Assembly (NCBI GenBank): GCA_048885535.1
Contig: JBHLLO010000035.1
Location: 1-28,797 of the forward strand
Reading direction: 5' to 3'
DNA length: 28,797 nt
Origin: Candidatus Hermodarchaeota archaeon
Lineage (GTDB): Archaea; Asgardarchaeota; Lokiarchaeia; Sigyniarchaeales; SOKP01
In this document: piece by piece, positions 26,408 to 28,797 of the stretch
Layout: each line of letters opens with the position of its first letter
How positions within the stretch are numbered: position 1 is the first letter of the stretch
Made by a program: the position numbers and the translations under genes
The notes under the pieces: generated by a model
What the model saw: only the letters and a program-made list of their open reading frames with translations
Databases searched by the model: none
What the model was told of the DNA's origin: nothing

Positions 26408-27823
26408 TTATTGTGAAAGTATTACTAATATTAAATCATTGACATTGCTTCCAGTAGCCCCCGTAATTATTTCAGAATTAAACTTTTTAAAAAAAGAATT
26501 TGAATCATTATTTTTTATAAATTGTTTTAAATCAATAGTTCTTGAATTAATTTGATTAATTAAATGATTATCAATTAAAGCACCCATGGCTTTACTATTT
26601 CCTTCAAGACCATCGAAATTTACTGCAATTAACACAAAATTGTAGAATATATCCTTATTTCTAATGATATCTAAATAATTAAGAAGCATTTCCTGATTTC
26701 TACCACCAATACCATTTCCTTTGAGAGTCACAGTTAATTCTCCCGTCCCTATTAATGCTTTTTTTTTAGATAGCGTTATAACTTCATTTGAGATGATTTC
26801 ATAGAGCTTCTTAGCATAATCTCTTGCTTCCCCATCAATTTGATTAGAGAAATACTCACAAATGAACCCTAGTTTATTTAAATGTTTAGAAATCTTTTGA
26901 ACAGCTACTTCTACACTTCCTATTAAATAGTTGTGAACCTTCCTAAAATAAGCATCTCCCTGTTTAGGATTTTCAGGAATTATGCCATCCAATCCTTTCT
27001 CAATTGTTTCTTTTATTGAATAGGGTACTTTTTCATTTAATTTATACTTGGTCAAGATGTCGTAAGCATCTTGATAAGTTGTACTATCAGCAACAGTAGG
27101 ACCTGAGGCAATTGTATCTAATTTATTACCAACAACGTCTGATATTATTAAACAAATTAATGTAGCGTTACAGTATTCATATACTTTTTTTACTAGATTA
27201 CCTCCTTTAAAATCGGATATATGTTTCCGAATTGTATTTATTTCGTTAATTGATGCCCCAGAAGCTAGTAATAACCTGTTAATTTCTTGTAAATCTTTTA
27301 GAGAAATCCCTTTTTTCGGTAAAGCTAATAATGCTGAACCACCCCCTGAAATAAGGCAGATTATTAAATCTTTTTTAGAAGCTTTTTCAATCATACTAAT
27401 CATAGCTTTGGTCCCATTTAAACCATTATAGTCAGGAGTAGGATGTGATGCAAAATTTAATTTGATTCTCTTTGGAATATCTTTCTCTGTTAACTCTAGA
27501 TTAGATGGTACATTTACAATTCCTTCATAATCTATACCAAAATTTACAAGAAACTTTTTCTCTAGAGAGAGAGCCATTTCTGCTGTCGCTTTCCCTCCAC
27601 CAATAATATATACTTTGTTATAATCCTTAAGATTGAAAAGATCTCCATTTATTATCAAATGATTATTATGGAATTTAACTGCCTTTTCAATTAATTTATC
27701 AGGTTTGATAGAATTAATAGCTTTTTCTAGTCCATTAAGTACAATTTCTCTCAAAATTTTATTACTTTGCGGTAATTCTTCAGATATTAATTGATCATAA
27801 TTTTTAATAATCATTTGAGTCAT
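26408..27823 (-). CDS. Glycerate 2-kinase (DUF4147/MOFRL family)
   Basis: IGGGKA, ASHPTPD, LISGGGSAL, EINTIRKHIS.FKGG, ISDVVG, IASGPT, GGRNQE, DG and TGATGSNVND. Confidence 0.92.
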   Translation of the reverse strand: MTQMIIKNYDQLISEELPQSNKILREIVLNGLEKAINSIKPDKLIEKAVKFHNNHLIINGDLFNLKDYNKVYIIGGGKATAEMALSLEKKFLVNFGIDYEGIVNVPSNLELTEKDIPKRIKLNFASHPTPDYNGLNGTKAMISMIEKASKKDLIICLISGGGSALLALPKKGISLKDLQEINRLLLASGASINEINTIRKHISDFKGGNLVKKVYEYCNATLICLIISDVVGNKLDTIASGPTVADSTTYQDAYDILTKYKLNEKVPYSIKETIEKGLDGIIPENPKQGDAYFRKVHNYLIGSVEVAVQKISKHLNKLGFICEYFSNQIDGEARDYAKKLYEIISNEVITLSKKKALIGTGELTVTLKGNGIGGRNQEMLLNYLDIIRNKDIFYNFVLIAVNFDGLEGNSKAMGALIDNHLINQINSRTIDLKQFIKNNDSNSFFKKFNSEIITGATGSNVNDLILVILSQ

Positions 27824-27955
27824 ATTTATTAAATCTCTCTGAATAATTTACAAATTCACATGTTTTATTAAACTTAAAATTAGTTGCATAATTTGATTTA
27901 TTATTATTATTTAAAAAGATATTAAAACATTAAAATTTAAGATGTGGATTCTTAA

Positions 27956-28797
27956 ATGAGTGAAACTAAACTATATGATATAGCAGTCATAGGGGCAGGA
28001 CCAGGTGGATATCATGCTGCAATTAGGGCAGCACAGTTAGGGGCTAAAGTTGCTTTAATTGAAAAAGCAAAACTGGGTGGCACTTGTTTAAATTCAGGTT
28101 GTATTCCAACTAAAGCACTATATGCATCAGCAGAATTGATTCATAAAATTAAAGAAAAAGGAGAAGAATTTGGTATTTCTTGTAATCCTGAATTGGATTT
28201 TGCTAAAGCAGTTGAAAGAAAAAATAAAGTAGTAGAAGAACTTGTAGAAGGAATAGCAGGTTTGGAAAAGGCTTGGAAAAATGATGTTTTTAATGGATTT
28301 GGCAAAATTATTGGAGGTAATGCTGAGATTGGGTATGAAATATCAATAGAAGGTGCCGAAAAGAAAATAATTAAAGCAAAAAGAGTAATCATTGCTACAG
28401 GGTCTTCTCCCGCTATAATTCCTGCTTTTAATATAGATCACGATAGGATTCTAACTAGTGATGATATTCTTGACCCAAATTTTAAAACTGTTCCTAATCG
28501 ATTGTTGATTATTGGTGCGGGAGTGATAGGATGTGAATTTGCTAATATCTTTTCTACATTTGGATCAAAGGTGGAAATATTAGAATATCTTCCAACTCCG
28601 ATAGCTACAGAAGAACCTATGATCATAAAAGAATTACAAAAGAAATTGATTAATCTAGGGATACAATTACACGTTTCTCAAAATGTTTTGTCTGTTGAAA
28701 ATACTGGATCAGGGGTTAAGGCTACTACTTGTTCAGCTGATGTTCCAAGAGATCAAATTGAAAGCGCAGAAAAGTTTTATTATGAGGCAGATTATTG
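27956..28797 (+). CDS. lpdA: Dihydrolipoyl dehydrogenase (E3), 3'-truncated by the window edge
   Basis: Translated by hand (absent from the ORF track): MSETKLYDIAVIGAGPGGYHAAIRAAQLG..GGTCLNSGCIPTKAL..IIATGS..LLIIGAGVIGCEFA; open to the end of the window. Confidence 0.92.
   Translation, partial: MSETKLYDIAVIGAGPGGYHAAIRAAQLGAKVALIEKAKLGGTCLNSGCIPTKALYASAELIHKIKEKGEEFGISCNPELDFAKAVERKNKVVEELVEGIAGLEKAWKNDVFNGFGKIIGGNAEIGYEISIEGAEKKIIKAKRVIIATGSSPAIIPAFNIDHDRILTSDDILDPNFKTVPNRLLIIGAGVIGCEFANIFSTFGSKVEILEYLPTPIATEEPMIIKELQKKLINLGIQLHVSQNVLSVENTGSGVKATTCSADVPRDQIESAEKFYYEADY

Noticed and set aside
310-28626. Other short ORF-track entries overlapping larger genes (310, 4218, 7693, 8766, 10638, 12219, 12466, 13161, 13881, 14110, 15609, 19690, 28141, 28438)
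   Set aside because: Antisense or alternate-frame overlaps of well-supported genes, with no recognisable motifs.

Overview
AT-rich, gene-dense prokaryotic window with GGTGA-type ribosome-binding sites and T-run terminators. The gene content (geranylgeranyl reductase, ADP-forming acyl-CoA ligase alpha subunit, tandem Lrp/AsnC regulator, stand-alone longin-domain protein) points to an archaeon, most likely an Asgard/Lokiarchaeia-type genome; this is inference. Most genes are metabolic: two MFS transporters, flavodoxin-like and Fe-S proteins, a divergent ThiC-family enzyme, two cold-shock paralogs, acyl-CoA enzymes, glycerate kinase and a truncated lpdA. The main finding is a family III (CaiB/BaiF) CoA-transferase gene interrupted by a 31-nt insert (17838-17868) that has stop codons in all three frames. 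The insert's junctions fold into a bulge-helix-bulge motif whose predicted cleavage sites match the points needed to restore the conserved VIKVE-PP sequence. It is therefore a candidate endonuclease-spliced mRNA intron in a metabolic gene. A second point of interest is a cluster of eukaryote-like trafficking folds at 21.6-26.0 kb: longin, a BBS2/ITFG2-like beta-propeller and a mu-homology-like domain. All protein calls come from reading motifs by eye; no searches were run.
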